A stretch of 35,096 nt of DNA from an uncultured Planctomycetia bacterium (lineage in GTDB: Bacteria > Omnitrophota > Gorgyraeia > Gorgyraeales > Gorgyraeaceae): positions 1-35,096 of the forward strand of contig CAZWYD010000004.1 in the NCBI GenBank assembly GCA_964637815.1, in the 5' to 3' direction. Shown in pieces: positions 16,154 through 25,895 of the stretch. The position numbers were made by a program, and so were the translations under genes. The stretch's first letter is position 1, and every line of letters starts with the position of its first letter. The notes under the pieces were generated by a model, which worked only from the letters and a program-made list of their open reading frames with translations, searched no databases and was not told where the DNA came from.

Positions 16154-16226
16154 TATATATAAGACACATCAAGTGCCCCATTTTCTTTCAAATATTTTAG
16201 ATTTTTTTAGGTGAGTTTACTACAGA
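16154..16226 (-). repeat. Direct repeat containing TGAAAG-N17-GTGTCTTAT (distal copy)
   Basis: Near-identical to 13551-13614. Confidence 0.85.
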
Positions 16227-16228
16227 TT

Positions 16229-17335
16229 TTACATGTTTACTTGAGCAGATCTGCACTGCAAAAGAAAGTCTTTGTAATTATCTAGTCCGACTGGGATATT
16301 TTCTATGGTAGATAAAATAGAAAGGTTGATTTTAAACTCTTGTATTCCTTTATCTATATTTTCAAACTTTTCTTTTATTGATTTTGTTAATCTATTTTTT
16401 TTAAATCCCAATTTATAAGGTAATGTCACTAAACATAAACTTATACCATGAAGTGGAAATGAAATGCTCTCATGTAAGTAATTTTCAGAATTTTTATCTA
16501 TATTAAACTTATGCCTGTTTTGAAAATCTTGTATTTTCTCTCGAACAATCCTATATTGAATTCTAAAATCTTCCTCCTTAGCTTTTACTTCCTCAGTATT
16601 ATTAGAATAATGTTCAAAATATTCTACATACGCCTTCTTGAGCTCTGGGTAATCCTCTTCAAGTAACTTCTTTGCAAATTCTCGAATTGATAAAATTTCC
16701 TGAATAGGGCCTTTTAGTTCCTTAAAATTCTTACTTAGATCCTCGTAGAATACTTTTATATCTGAAACGAAGTTAGTTATAACTTGCTTCATTTCCTCGG
16801 AACCAACGCTATCCAAATCAGCAACGCTTACTCCGGCCGGAAGAAAATCTGTATGTTCACATATATAGGCTACATTCTCTCCCATTTTTGCATCATTTTT
16901 AAGCGAGTTTATTTTATCTTTGTTCTTAATAAAATAACGTATAATTTCAGATACGACATCAAAATTTCTTATTAAGGTATCAATATTTAATTGATAATCT
17001 TTATGCAGTTTATACCACTCTATTTCTGAAGAAATATTGTATAATTTTTTTCTAATACCATCTTGAATATAATCATAAAAAATAGACTCTGCTACCCATA
17101 GGCTTCTTTGTTCTTGATTATACCTTTCAGGATTGTCCAGCTTAGCATCTATTTCTGATAGAACTTTTTGAATATCGCCTATAATTTTAGACTCCTTGAG
17201 TTTAGTAAGACGTTCTCCCGTAGCTTCTGGATCAATTGGCAGGCGTAGGGCAAAACATATGCTATTGAGCAATAAAGTTAGGCCTATTGCTATAAATATG
17301 ATCTTCACATTATACCCTTTTTTAAACATAATCAT
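16229..17335 (-). CDS. AT-rich secreted helical orphan protein
   Basis: 368 aa; basic N-region, hydrophobic core, then CFA-LRLPID; low GC; no recognisable domain. Confidence 0.75.
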   Translation of the reverse strand: MIMFKKGYNVKIIFIAIGLTLLLNSICFALRLPIDPEATGERLTKLKESKIIGDIQKVLSEIDAKLDNPERYNQEQRSLWVAESIFYDYIQDGIRKKLYNISSEIEWYKLHKDYQLNIDTLIRNFDVVSEIIRYFIKNKDKINSLKNDAKMGENVAYICEHTDFLPAGVSVADLDSVGSEEMKQVITNFVSDIKVFYEDLSKNFKELKGPIQEILSIREFAKKLLEEDYPELKKAYVEYFEHYSNNTEEVKAKEEDFRIQYRIVREKIQDFQNRHKFNIDKNSENYLHESISFPLHGISLCLVTLPYKLGFKKNRLTKSIKEKFENIDKGIQEFKINLSILSTIENIPVGLDNYKDFLLQCRSAQVNM

Positions 17336-17416
17336 AATCTAGACAAAAAATAGTCCTTTGTTAAGGCTTGTTAGTAGTCTATTTATTCTTATGTAATTAT
17401 AGCATATAAATAGAAG

Positions 17417-17917
17417 CTATGCAAGGAGTTTTGAGACGTTGTCAACGACCTGGTCTATGGTGAGATTGTCGGTGGAGACGCAGTGGTCTGCTTTCTTGTA
17501 ATAGGGGGCGCGTTGTGCGAGGAGTTCTTGTATTCTTTTCTTTGGATCTGGGACGTTTAGGAGGGGGCGGCAGACATTGCCTTTTGTGCGTTGCATGATG
17601 GTGTCTGGTGATGCCTGGAGACAGATTATGATGCTATTAGGCTTAAGGGTATTGAAATTTTCTTCATCGATTATTGCGCCGCCGCCTGCAGATATGACAA
17701 GGCCTTGTTTCTGGCTCGATGCCTTTACAACTTCTTTCTCGAGCTTCCTGAAGTATGGCTCGCCCTTTTTCTCAAATATTTCCTTTATGGACATGCCCTC
17801 TCTCTTCTCAATGATCGCATCCAGCTCCAGAAACTCACGTCCCAGCTTTTCCGCAAGCCTCCTCGCAACCACAGTCTTCCCTGTGCCCATAAACCCAACC
17901 AAAACAATATTTTTCAT
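17417..17917 (-). CDS. aroK: Shikimate kinase
   Basis: GFMGTGKT P-loop, GEPYFRKLE, GGG, RPLL, RAPYY. Confidence 0.95.
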   Translation of the reverse strand: MKNIVLVGFMGTGKTVVARRLAEKLGREFLELDAIIEKREGMSIKEIFEKKGEPYFRKLEKEVVKASSQKQGLVISAGGGAIIDEENFNTLKPNSIIICLQASPDTIMQRTKGNVCRPLLNVPDPKKRIQELLAQRAPYYKKADHCVSTDNLTIDQVVDNVSKLLA

Positions 17918-17932
17918 AGTCCAAATATAACA

Positions 17933-17971
17933 TAACTTTACATTTAAAGCAAGACCTTAAATGTAAAGTTA
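17933..17971. repeat. 39-bp AT-rich palindrome, copy 2
   Basis: TAACTTTACATTTAA-AGCAAGACC-TTAAATGTAAAGTTA, perfect 15-bp arms. Confidence 0.85.
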
Positions 17972-18019
17972 ACTTAAGAGTTGAATGTCATGATGTTATA
18001 TGGTATGCTTTACGAAAAT

Positions 18020-18604
18020 ATGAAGATAGTTTTGGCATTATTATTAATGTTGGTGCTATTTGTAAATCCTGGATTTACCGTCGAGGTAGAGAACAGGATT
18101 GAATATCTCGTGGATGCGAGAAGCGATGATGGTGACATTGCCCTGGAGCGTTTTTCTATTAGTAAAAAATTTAAAGCAACTGATATAAAGGCCTCTATCT
18201 TTACAGAAGCCCAGTGGAATACAGAAACAGACGATTGGGAAAAGCTACTGGCTGGGGTAGAAGCGAGTAAATCCTTTTGGGAATATTTCTACGTAAGTCA
18301 ATCCATCCAACTCATATCTGGCGAAATGTTAGATTATCTTGTCTTTGATGTAAATGGCCAATCCCTTGACACCACCACTAAAATAGGCGTAAAGCTGCCT
18401 TTTCTGGAAGATTTTAGTCTGAGCATCTTTGAAGAATATTCAGTAAATCTTGAAAAAGGCAGGGATGAATATTGCGAGACCATTGCTGAAGTGCAATACG
18501 CGCCTGTGGACTTATTTTCAGTTGGAATTGGCTGGCGTCACACAGATAGGATTCACGCCCTTGATACTGACTACGTGAGTACGTCTTTTACTTTAAGATT
18601 TTAG
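18020..18604 (+). CDS. Putative outer-membrane beta-barrel protein
   Basis: Signal peptide MKIVLALLLMLVLFVNPG, alternating amphipathic strands, C-terminal SFTLRF. TTGAAT-N17-TATGCT promoter at 17981-18009. Confidence 0.7.
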   Translation: MKIVLALLLMLVLFVNPGFTVEVENRIEYLVDARSDDGDIALERFSISKKFKATDIKASIFTEAQWNTETDDWEKLLAGVEASKSFWEYFYVSQSIQLISGEMLDYLVFDVNGQSLDTTTKIGVKLPFLEDFSLSIFEEYSVNLEKGRDEYCETIAEVQYAPVDLFSVGIGWRHTDRIHALDTDYVSTSFTLRF

Positions 18605-19636
18605 GCTGGATAAATACCCCTCGTAATTCCTTTTTATTTCTAGAACACTATCCCCGCCGAATTTTTCAAGCAAGGCCTGAGCTATGGTGAATGCACACAC
18701 AGCTTCACCAACAAGGGCTGCTGCAGGGACAGCGCACACGTCAGAGCGCTCTGTGGCTGCTTTGGTAGGTTCTTTCGTAGAAATATCTATTGTGTTTAGT
18801 CCCTTCATCAACGTGCTTATGGGTTTCATGTAGCCGCGCACGATTATATCCTCGCCATTTGAGATGCCGCCCTCTATGCCGCCGGCATTGTTTGTCTTTC
18901 TGTAAATGCCTTTTGCCTTGGAGTAAAATATCTCGTCGTGCACCTTTGAGCCGAGTTTTTTCGAAGATTCAATAGCGTTACCGATTTCAACTGCCTTGAT
19001 AGCTGGTATGGACATGATAGCTGAGGCAAGTCTTGCATCTAAGCGCCTGTCACTGTGTACGTAACTACCCAGGCCCACTGGTACGCCTTTTATTGCAACC
19101 TCGAATAGCCCGCCGAGCGTATCCTTTTTTTCCTTTGCGCTGTCTATTTTTTCTTTCATCTTATCTTTTGAACCCGTACCGCCTATCATTGCTACGTGAC
19201 TCGATAAGCGTATCTTAAATCCCTGTAAAAGGAGTTTGCAGACTGCGCCTATTGCAACGCGCATGGCTGTTTCCCGTGCAGAAGCACGCTCAAGCGCAGG
19301 ACGGGCATCCTTGAAGCCGTATTTTAAAATTCCGACGAGGTCTGCATGGCCAGGCCGTACATTTTTTACATCAGGGAGTTTGTCTATTGAAGCGTCATTA
19401 TTTTCTATGAGGATAGATATTGGGCTACCGATAGTGAGGCTGCCTTTTAATCCAGACAGGATCTTTGCGTGATCCTTCTCTATCTTCATTCTAGCACCAC
19501 GACCATGACCTTGCTGACGACGCTTGAGCTCATTATCTATAAAGGTCTTGTCTACCTTTAGCCCGCTAGGCATACCTTCTAAAATACCAACAAGTGCTTC
19601 ACCATGTGATTCACCAGCAGTTAAAAATCTTAACAT
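18593..19636 (-). CDS. aroC: Chorismate synthase
   Basis: MLRFLTAGESHG, RPGHAD, ERASARETA, GGISNG, RSDVCAVP. Confidence 0.97.
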   Translation of the reverse strand: MLRFLTAGESHGEALVGILEGMPSGLKVDKTFIDNELKRRQQGHGRGARMKIEKDHAKILSGLKGSLTIGSPISILIENNDASIDKLPDVKNVRPGHADLVGILKYGFKDARPALERASARETAMRVAIGAVCKLLLQGFKIRLSSHVAMIGGTGSKDKMKEKIDSAKEKKDTLGGLFEVAIKGVPVGLGSYVHSDRRLDARLASAIMSIPAIKAVEIGNAIESSKKLGSKVHDEIFYSKAKGIYRKTNNAGGIEGGISNGEDIIVRGYMKPISTLMKGLNTIDISTKEPTKAATERSDVCAVPAAALVGEAVCAFTIAQALLEKFGGDSVLEIKRNYEGYLSSLKS

Positions 19637-19650
19637 CTTGCACCTCCATA

Positions 19651-20421
19651 TCAATAAAGAAATAATAAACTTAATATTTTGTGACCCCAGATCATTGCGA
19701 CAAAGCTGGCCAACGCTATATAGGGCCCATATGGGATTATATCCTGTTTTTTCCTAAATTTCAAATACAGTCCTGCAGGCGTGCCAAAAAATGGCGCGAG
19801 AAAAAATATGAGTATTGCCATTTTCCAACCCAGAAAAGCACCCAGCATGGCCATGAGCTTTACATCTCCCCCGCCCATGCTCTCTTTATGAAATATGAGC
19901 TGGCCAACGTAACCTGTGAGATATATGAGTCCGCCACCCGCAAACATGCCCAATAGAGATTTTATAAATCCTGCCTCCCATGTAAAAGCATTATGAAGTT
20001 GCGGTATAAAGACGCTTAAGGCGATTCCTAAAACCAGTCCGCCAAGACTAATCCTGTCAGGTATGATCTGAAATTCCAGGTCGACAAAGGTTGTTACAAT
20101 AAGGCTAAATGTCACTAAGCTGTAGATCCAGAACTTCGCAGTCAGTCCAAAATAATAAAATAGTGTTAAAAATGCGAGTGCACTTATGAGTTCAACTACA
20201 AAATACCGAAAGGGTATTCTTTTTTTGCAATGCCTGCACTTGCCCATTAAAATAATATAGCTTAAGAACGGGATATTATCGTACCAAGGTATTGGCTTTT
20301 TGCAGGCGATGCATCTTGAGCCAGGCACAACAACAGACTCCTTGCGCGGCATCCTGTATATACACACGTTCAAGAAACTCCCAATCATTGAACCAAAGAT
20401 AAAGATTAGTAAATATATCAT
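19651..20421 (-). CDS. pilD: Type IV prepilin peptidase (A24)
   Basis: GSFLNVCIYRMP, two CxxC pairs, MGGGDVKL, IPYGPYI. Confidence 0.93.
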   Translation of the reverse strand: MIYLLIFIFGSMIGSFLNVCIYRMPRKESVVVPGSRCIACKKPIPWYDNIPFLSYIILMGKCRHCKKRIPFRYFVVELISALAFLTLFYYFGLTAKFWIYSLVTFSLIVTTFVDLEFQIIPDRISLGGLVLGIALSVFIPQLHNAFTWEAGFIKSLLGMFAGGGLIYLTGYVGQLIFHKESMGGGDVKLMAMLGAFLGWKMAILIFFLAPFFGTPAGLYLKFRKKQDIIPYGPYIALASFVAMIWGHKILSLLFLY

Positions 20422-21209
20422 GTTATGGCCTTTCGCATCACATCTATAGGTGCGGGTTTGCCTGTCCAGAATTCAAAGGCATGCGCGCCTTGATACAAAA
20501 GCATGCCAAGACCGCCTGTTGCACGCGGTTTTGCTGCTTTGACTAAATCTGTTTCTCTATTGTATACAACATCATAAACGAATAGATTCTTATGAAATAA
20601 TTTCTTATCTATAGGAGAACTGTCGCCCTGTTTCATACCTATGGGAGTAGCATTTACTAAGAGCTGGCAGTCCTTGATTATCGTTGGTATTTCCTTAGCG
20701 GAAATGCGCTGCACCTTGCCTGCAGATTTTATTGCATCTGGATTGCTGTCGTATGCGTATATTTTCTGAACATCCTTGGAAAGACCAGCAATAACTGCTC
20801 TGCCAGCGCCACCACAGCCTATCAAAAGCACATTTTTATCTTTATGGTCGAACTTCAGGTCCTCTTTAAGTGAAGTCAGGAATCCAGCTACATCTGTATT
20901 TGCATATTTCAGTTTATTGCCTTCTCGCTTCACTGTATTAATAGCATCTAAACCTCGGCAACCTCGTAGGTTGCCATTCTGGCAACCTACGAGGTTATCT
21001 AGTATCTGCTTTGCCCTTACTTTGTAAGGCACAGTTACATTGAATCCCAGAACATCTTTTCTGTTGAGTAAAAAATCCTCGAGCTCGGTGGGCTTTACTT
21101 CGAATTTGCGGTATTCAGCGTCGATGCCGAGTGCTTTGAACGCAGCGTTGTGCATTGCTGGAGATAAGCTATGTTTTACTGGCCAGCCAATTATACCGTA
21201 AGTGTCCAT
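20418..21209 (-). CDS. aroE: Shikimate dehydrogenase
   Basis: HSLSPAMHN, NVTVPYK, NTD, GCGGAG, NATPIGM, GLGMLLYQG. Confidence 0.95.
   Translation of the reverse strand: MDTYGIIGWPVKHSLSPAMHNAAFKALGIDAEYRKFEVKPTELEDFLLNRKDVLGFNVTVPYKVRAKQILDNLVGCQNGNLRGCRGLDAINTVKREGNKLKYANTDVAGFLTSLKEDLKFDHKDKNVLLIGCGGAGRAVIAGLSKDVQKIYAYDSNPDAIKSAGKVQRISAKEIPTIIKDCQLLVNATPIGMKQGDSSPIDKKLFHKNLFVYDVVYNRETDLVKAAKPRATGGLGMLLYQGAHAFEFWTGKPAPIDVMRKAIT
20960..20996. repeat. GTAG-type palindrome in frame inside aroE
   Basis: AACCTCGTAGGTTGCCA-TTC-TGGCAACCTACGAGGTT; 16-bp arms identical to intergenic 30339-30374. Confidence 0.9.
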
Positions 21210-21227
21210 AATTAAAAGTGGGAATTG

Positions 21228-22760
21228 CTAGAGTTCAGCTGTGGCTTTGCGTGTCTTGGTAAAGAGTACCTTGTTTACTGCGTTTACGTAGGCCTTGGCG
21301 CTTGCCTCGACTATGTCAGTAGATGCGCCGCGACCAGATACTTCGATGCCCTTTGAAGATCTTGCCCTTACAGAAACTTCTCCCAAGGCGTCCTTGCCGC
21401 CTGTTGCAGCTTTTAAGGAATAATCCAGCAATTCTAGCTTCACGCCTGTTATCTTTTCAATGGCCTTGTAGCACGCATCCACAGGCCCGTCTCCTGAAGA
21501 GGATTGTTTCTTTTTGACTCCGGATTTTACGATCTCTATTATGGCATGCGGCTCGATATTCTTGCCACTCCTATATTCAAATCCTGTTATCTTATAGGTC
21601 TCAGGTATGGAAATGATCTCGTCCTCTACTATTGTCAGGAGATCCTCGTCAAATACCTCTTTTTTCTTATCTGCAAGATCCTTAAATCTCTGGAACGCCT
21701 TTACTAGATCATCTTTTTCTAATTCAACGCCTAGCTTCTTCAGCCTTTCGCTAAATGCATGCTTTCCAGAATGTTTTCCCAATACAAGCCTTGTAGCAGC
21801 AAAACCTACGTCCTCGGGCTTCATGATTTCATAAGTAGCGCGCTTTTTCAGGATCCCGTCCTGGTGAATGCCTGCCTCGTGACTGAATGCATTGCGGCCT
21901 ACTATTGCCTTGTTGGGCTGGACTACAATGCCTGTGAGTTTACTTACAAGACGACTTGCCTTGTAAAGCTCGGCTGTATTTATAGATGTAGCGCATTTAA
22001 AAATATCCTGCCTGGTCTTAAGCGTCATTACTATTTCTTCTAGTGATGCATTGCCTGCGCGTTCGCCAAGCCCGTTTATCGTGCATTCGATCTGGCGAGC
22101 TCCATTTTGAATCGCTGCAAGAGAATTGCTAACACCGAGCCCAAGGTCATTATGACAATGTACACTTATTATCGCCTTATCTGAATTCGGGACTTTTGTC
22201 TCTATAGTCTTTATGAGCTTGCCGAATTCAGCTGGTGTTGCATAACCTACTGTGTCAGGTATATTCACTGTCTTTGCACCAGCTTTTATCACTGTCTCGA
22301 CCACGCGGCACAAAAAATCTATTTCTGAGCGCGAGGCGTCTTCTGGAGAGAATTCAACATCATCAGAAAATTTGCGGGCATATCTTACGAATTCTCCTGC
22401 CTGTTTTAATATCTCTGACTCTGCCTTTTTTAATTTATACTGCATGTGTATCTTTGAAGTGGCCAAAAATACGTGGATTCGCGAACGGGCTGCGTTCTTA
22501 AGCGCATCTTTACAGCGGTCTATGTCTTCTTTTTTTGCCCTGGCAAGGCCGCATATGGATGGACCTTTGACTAGGGAGGCGACTTCGCTCACTGCCTGAA
22601 AATCACCAGTTGAAGCAATGGGAAATCCTGCCTCGATTACGTCAACACCAAGGCGCGCAAGCTGTTTGGCAATCTCTATCTTTGCCTTTATGTCCAGGCT
22701 CGCCCCCGGCGACTGCTCTCCATCACGTAAAGTTGTATCGAAGATAATTATTTTCTTCAT
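21228..22760 (-). CDS. leuA: 2-isopropylmalate synthase
   Basis: [39 protein letters not shown]. Confidence 0.96.
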   Translation of the reverse strand: MKKIIIFDTTLRDGEQSPGASLDIKAKIEIAKQLARLGVDVIEAGFPIASTGDFQAVSEVASLVKGPSICGLARAKKEDIDRCKDALKNAARSRIHVFLATSKIHMQYKLKKAESEILKQAGEFVRYARKFSDDVEFSPEDASRSEIDFLCRVVETVIKAGAKTVNIPDTVGYATPAEFGKLIKTIETKVPNSDKAIISVHCHNDLGLGVSNSLAAIQNGARQIECTINGLGERAGNASLEEIVMTLKTRQDIFKCATSINTAELYKASRLVSKLTGIVVQPNKAIVGRNAFSHEAGIHQDGILKKRATYEIMKPEDVGFAATRLVLGKHSGKHAFSERLKKLGVELEKDDLVKAFQRFKDLADKKKEVFDEDLLTIVEDEIISIPETYKITGFEYRSGKNIEPHAIIEIVKSGVKKKQSSSGDGPVDACYKAIEKITGVKLELLDYSLKAATGGKDALGEVSVRARSSKGIEVSGRGASTDIVEASAKAYVNAVNKVLFTKTRKATAEL

Positions 22761-23746
22761 TTAATCCAGTCCATCATGCCGCGGAGTTTTCTACCGATTA
22801 CCTCAACAGGATGGGTGTCGTCTGCTTTTCTTAATTTAGTAAATTCAGGTCTGCCGTTTTCATTTTCTTTAATCCACTCTCTGGCAAATCTTCCTGACTG
22901 GACCTGCTTCAAGATCTTTTTCATCTCTTTGCGCGTTCGCTCAGTTATGACCCTTTTGCCGCGTGTAAGATCTCCGTATTCTGCTGTATCTGAAACTCGT
23001 TTGCGCATACCTTGAATACCTGTTCTGTAAATCAAGTCTGTGATCAATTTTAATTCATGTAGACACTCAAAATATGCTATCTCTGGCTGATAACCAGCTT
23101 CTATCAATGTATCAAAGCCTGCCTTGATCAGCTCAGTAGCTCCACCGCACAGCACAACCTGCTCGCCAAAAAGATCTGTCTCTGTCTCTTCCTTAAATGT
23201 AGTCTCAATAACGCCTGCCCTTGTGCCGCCAATACCTTTTGCATATGCAAGGCCCAGCTTAAGCGCATCGCCGCTTGCATCCTGAAATACAGCTACTAGA
23301 CACGGTACGCCTTTTCCCTCTTCATACATCTGTCTTACAAGCGCGCCAGGGCCTTTTGGAGCCACCATAAATACGTCTACTTTTTTTGGCGGCTTGATCT
23401 GCTTAAAATGTATGTTAAAACCATGAGAAAAAACCAAGGCCTTTCCTTTTTTAAGATTCGGTTTTATTGCGTCTTTATAGACCTTTGCCTGCACATGATC
23501 CTGCGTAAGGATCTGTATGATGTCGCCCTGTTTAGCTGCACTGGTCGCGGCAACCGGCGTAAAACCATCAGCCTGCGCAGTCTTGTAATTTTCTGTTCCT
23601 TCTAATTCGCTTACGATCACATCAAGTCCGCTCTCACGCAGATTCAATGCCTGGCCGCGGCCCTGAATACCATAGCCAATGATCGCGATCTTTTTTCCAT
23701 TTAAAACATTTAAATCAGCATCCTTGTCATAATAAATCTTTGCCAT
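22757..23746 (-). CDS. ilvC: Ketol-acid reductoisomerase
   Basis: [31 protein letters not shown]. Confidence 0.97.
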   Translation of the reverse strand: MAKIYYDKDADLNVLNGKKIAIIGYGIQGRGQALNLRESGLDVIVSELEGTENYKTAQADGFTPVAATSAAKQGDIIQILTQDHVQAKVYKDAIKPNLKKGKALVFSHGFNIHFKQIKPPKKVDVFMVAPKGPGALVRQMYEEGKGVPCLVAVFQDASGDALKLGLAYAKGIGGTRAGVIETTFKEETETDLFGEQVVLCGGATELIKAGFDTLIEAGYQPEIAYFECLHELKLITDLIYRTGIQGMRKRVSDTAEYGDLTRGKRVITERTRKEMKKILKQVQSGRFAREWIKENENGRPEFTKLRKADDTHPVEVIGRKLRGMMDWIK

Positions 23747-23749
23747 TGA

Positions 23750-24223
23750 TTATTTCCTCCCCATTGCGATACGGCCAGTGCGTACTACCTCAGCAATGCC
23801 GAACGGCCTGATCATCTCTATGAAAGACTTTATCTTATTCTCATCACCTGTTACCTCTATAACAGCTGTGTCTTTCTTTGCGTCATCTATCTTTGCCTGA
23901 AATGTATCTGCTATCTGCAAGATCTCAGAGCGATTCTTAGAATCCATCTTGACCTTCACAAGAATCAATTCCCTGTCTATAAAATCCTCTTCTGTAAGAT
24001 CGATAACCTTTATGGTATCTATAAGCCTATTAAGCTGCTTCTTGACCTGCTCTAATGTCTTTTCATCTCCGTCAACAACAATGGTCATCCTCGAGATAGA
24101 CGGGTCCTCTGTCTCTCCTACAGTGAGACTATCGATATTAAAACCTCGCGCGCTAAAAAGTCCTGATACATGTGTTAACACGCCAAAGTGATTCTCGACT
24201 AAAACAGATATAGTTTTTTTCAT
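23750..24223 (-). CDS. ilvN: Acetolactate synthase small subunit
   Basis: VENHFGVL, RGFNIDSL, RELILVKV, VRTG. Confidence 0.95.
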   Translation of the reverse strand: MKKTISVLVENHFGVLTHVSGLFSARGFNIDSLTVGETEDPSISRMTIVVDGDEKTLEQVKKQLNRLIDTIKVIDLTEEDFIDRELILVKVKMDSKNRSEILQIADTFQAKIDDAKKDTAVIEVTGDENKIKSFIEMIRPFGIAEVVRTGRIAMGRK

Positions 24224-24224
24224 G

Positions 24225-25895
24225 TTAGGCGAGCGCTCCTATCATTTTATTAATGGGCTGGCCTGCCGGCACCATTGGAAACACATTCTCCTCTGGCTCA
24301 ACGCGAAAATCCATGAGAACAGGGCCCTTTATACCTAACGCCTTCTTTATTGCCTTTTTAACATCTGATTTCTTGGTAATCCTCATGCCAACTGCGCCAT
24401 ACGCCTCTGCAAGTTTCACAAAATCAGGGCATGACTCCAGCATAGTATGCGAATATCTTTTCTTGTAAAAAAGTTCCTGCCACTGCCTGACCATGCCCAG
24501 ACAACCATTATTCAGAATAGCGATCTTAATAGGCAGTTTATTTGCAACAGCTGTTGTGAGCTCCTGTATATTCATCTGGATACTCCCGTCGCCAGCGATA
24601 TCAAAGACCGTCTTCTTGGGACAGCCCAACTGTACGCCTATTGCTGCTGGAAATCCATAACCCATTGTGCCAAGGCCGCCGCTTGATACGAATTGCCTGG
24701 GCGCGTCGTATTTATAAAATTGCGCGGCCCACATCTGATTCTGTCCGACTTCAGTAGCGATAATGGCCTTGCCTTTTGTAACATTGTAGATCTCTTCCAC
24801 GACATACTGCGGCCTGAGCTTTGAATCATTCTTATAGCTTAGCGGAAATTTCTTCTTCCATGATTCGATCTGTTTGTGCCATTTGGAGATATCTGGTTGC
24901 TTTATATATTTATTGAAATCTGTCAGCACGCTATTCGCGTCACCCACAACAGGTATGTCCACCTTTACATTTTTACTTATTGCGCACGGATCTATATCAA
25001 TGTGTATTATCTTTGCGTGTGGCGCGAACTCATCTATCTTGCCAGTGACCCTGTCGTCGAATCTGGCGCCCACTGCTATTATTAGATCGGAGTCCTGCAC
25101 AGCGTGATTCGCGTATGCAGTGCCATGCATGCCAAGCATGCCAAGAGAAAGTTTATGCGTGCCAGGAAATGCGCCCAGACCCATGAGTGTCATTGTAACA
25201 GGTATGCTTGTTTTTTTGACAAACTCTGCCAGATTATCTGTTGCGCCTGAGATGATCACTCCGCCGCCAACATATAGGAGCGGCTTTTTGCTATTCGCGA
25301 TCAGCTTACAGGCCTTTTTTATCTGCCCGATATGGCCTTTGCACGTCGGCTTATAGCCTCTTATGTCTGCGGTTTCAGGATATTGAAAATCTGTCTCCTG
25401 TATCTGGATATCAACAGGTAGATCCACGACCACTACGCCTGGCCTGCCAGTTGATGCTATGTGAAACGCATTCTTGATGACAGTCGTCAGATTCTTAACA
25501 TCCTTTACAAGGTAGTTGTGTTTTGAGATGGGCCGCGTTATGCCGCTGACATCTACTTCCTGGAATGCGTCGTTTCCTATGAGAGCGGTCTTGACCTGGC
25601 CTGTAAAAGCAACTATTGGCACAGAATCCATGTTAGCTGTTGCAAGGCCTGTGATAAGATTTGTTGCGCCAGGACCAGAGGTGGCAAGGCAGACCCCGAC
25701 TTTTCCAGTGGCGCGTGCATAGCCATCTGCTGCATGCGCTGCGCCCTGCTCGTGCCTTGTTAATATAAATTCGATATCGCTGTCATATAGGGCATCAAAA
25801 ATAGGCAAGACCACCCCACCAGGGTAGCCGAACATAACCTCAACACCTTGCTTCTTAAGCGATTCAATAAATATCTTTGCGCCTGTCATTTTCAT
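24225..25895 (-). CDS. ilvB: Acetolactate synthase large subunit
   Basis: [35 protein letters not shown]. Start at MKMTGA with ATGA overlap to ilvD. Confidence 0.96.
   Translation of the reverse strand: MKMTGAKIFIESLKKQGVEVMFGYPGGVVLPIFDALYDSDIEFILTRHEQGAAHAADGYARATGKVGVCLATSGPGATNLITGLATANMDSVPIVAFTGQVKTALIGNDAFQEVDVSGITRPISKHNYLVKDVKNLTTVIKNAFHIASTGRPGVVVVDLPVDIQIQETDFQYPETADIRGYKPTCKGHIGQIKKACKLIANSKKPLLYVGGGVIISGATDNLAEFVKKTSIPVTMTLMGLGAFPGTHKLSLGMLGMHGTAYANHAVQDSDLIIAVGARFDDRVTGKIDEFAPHAKIIHIDIDPCAISKNVKVDIPVVGDANSVLTDFNKYIKQPDISKWHKQIESWKKKFPLSYKNDSKLRPQYVVEEIYNVTKGKAIIATEVGQNQMWAAQFYKYDAPRQFVSSGGLGTMGYGFPAAIGVQLGCPKKTVFDIAGDGSIQMNIQELTTAVANKLPIKIAILNNGCLGMVRQWQELFYKKRYSHTMLESCPDFVKLAEAYGAVGMRITKKSDVKKAIKKALGIKGPVLMDFRVEPEENVFPMVPAGQPINKMIGALA

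Noticed and set aside
13551-16226. Three direct repeats as a CRISPR array
   Set aside because: Spacing is 0.8-1.8 kb with whole genes between copies, and no cas genes are present.
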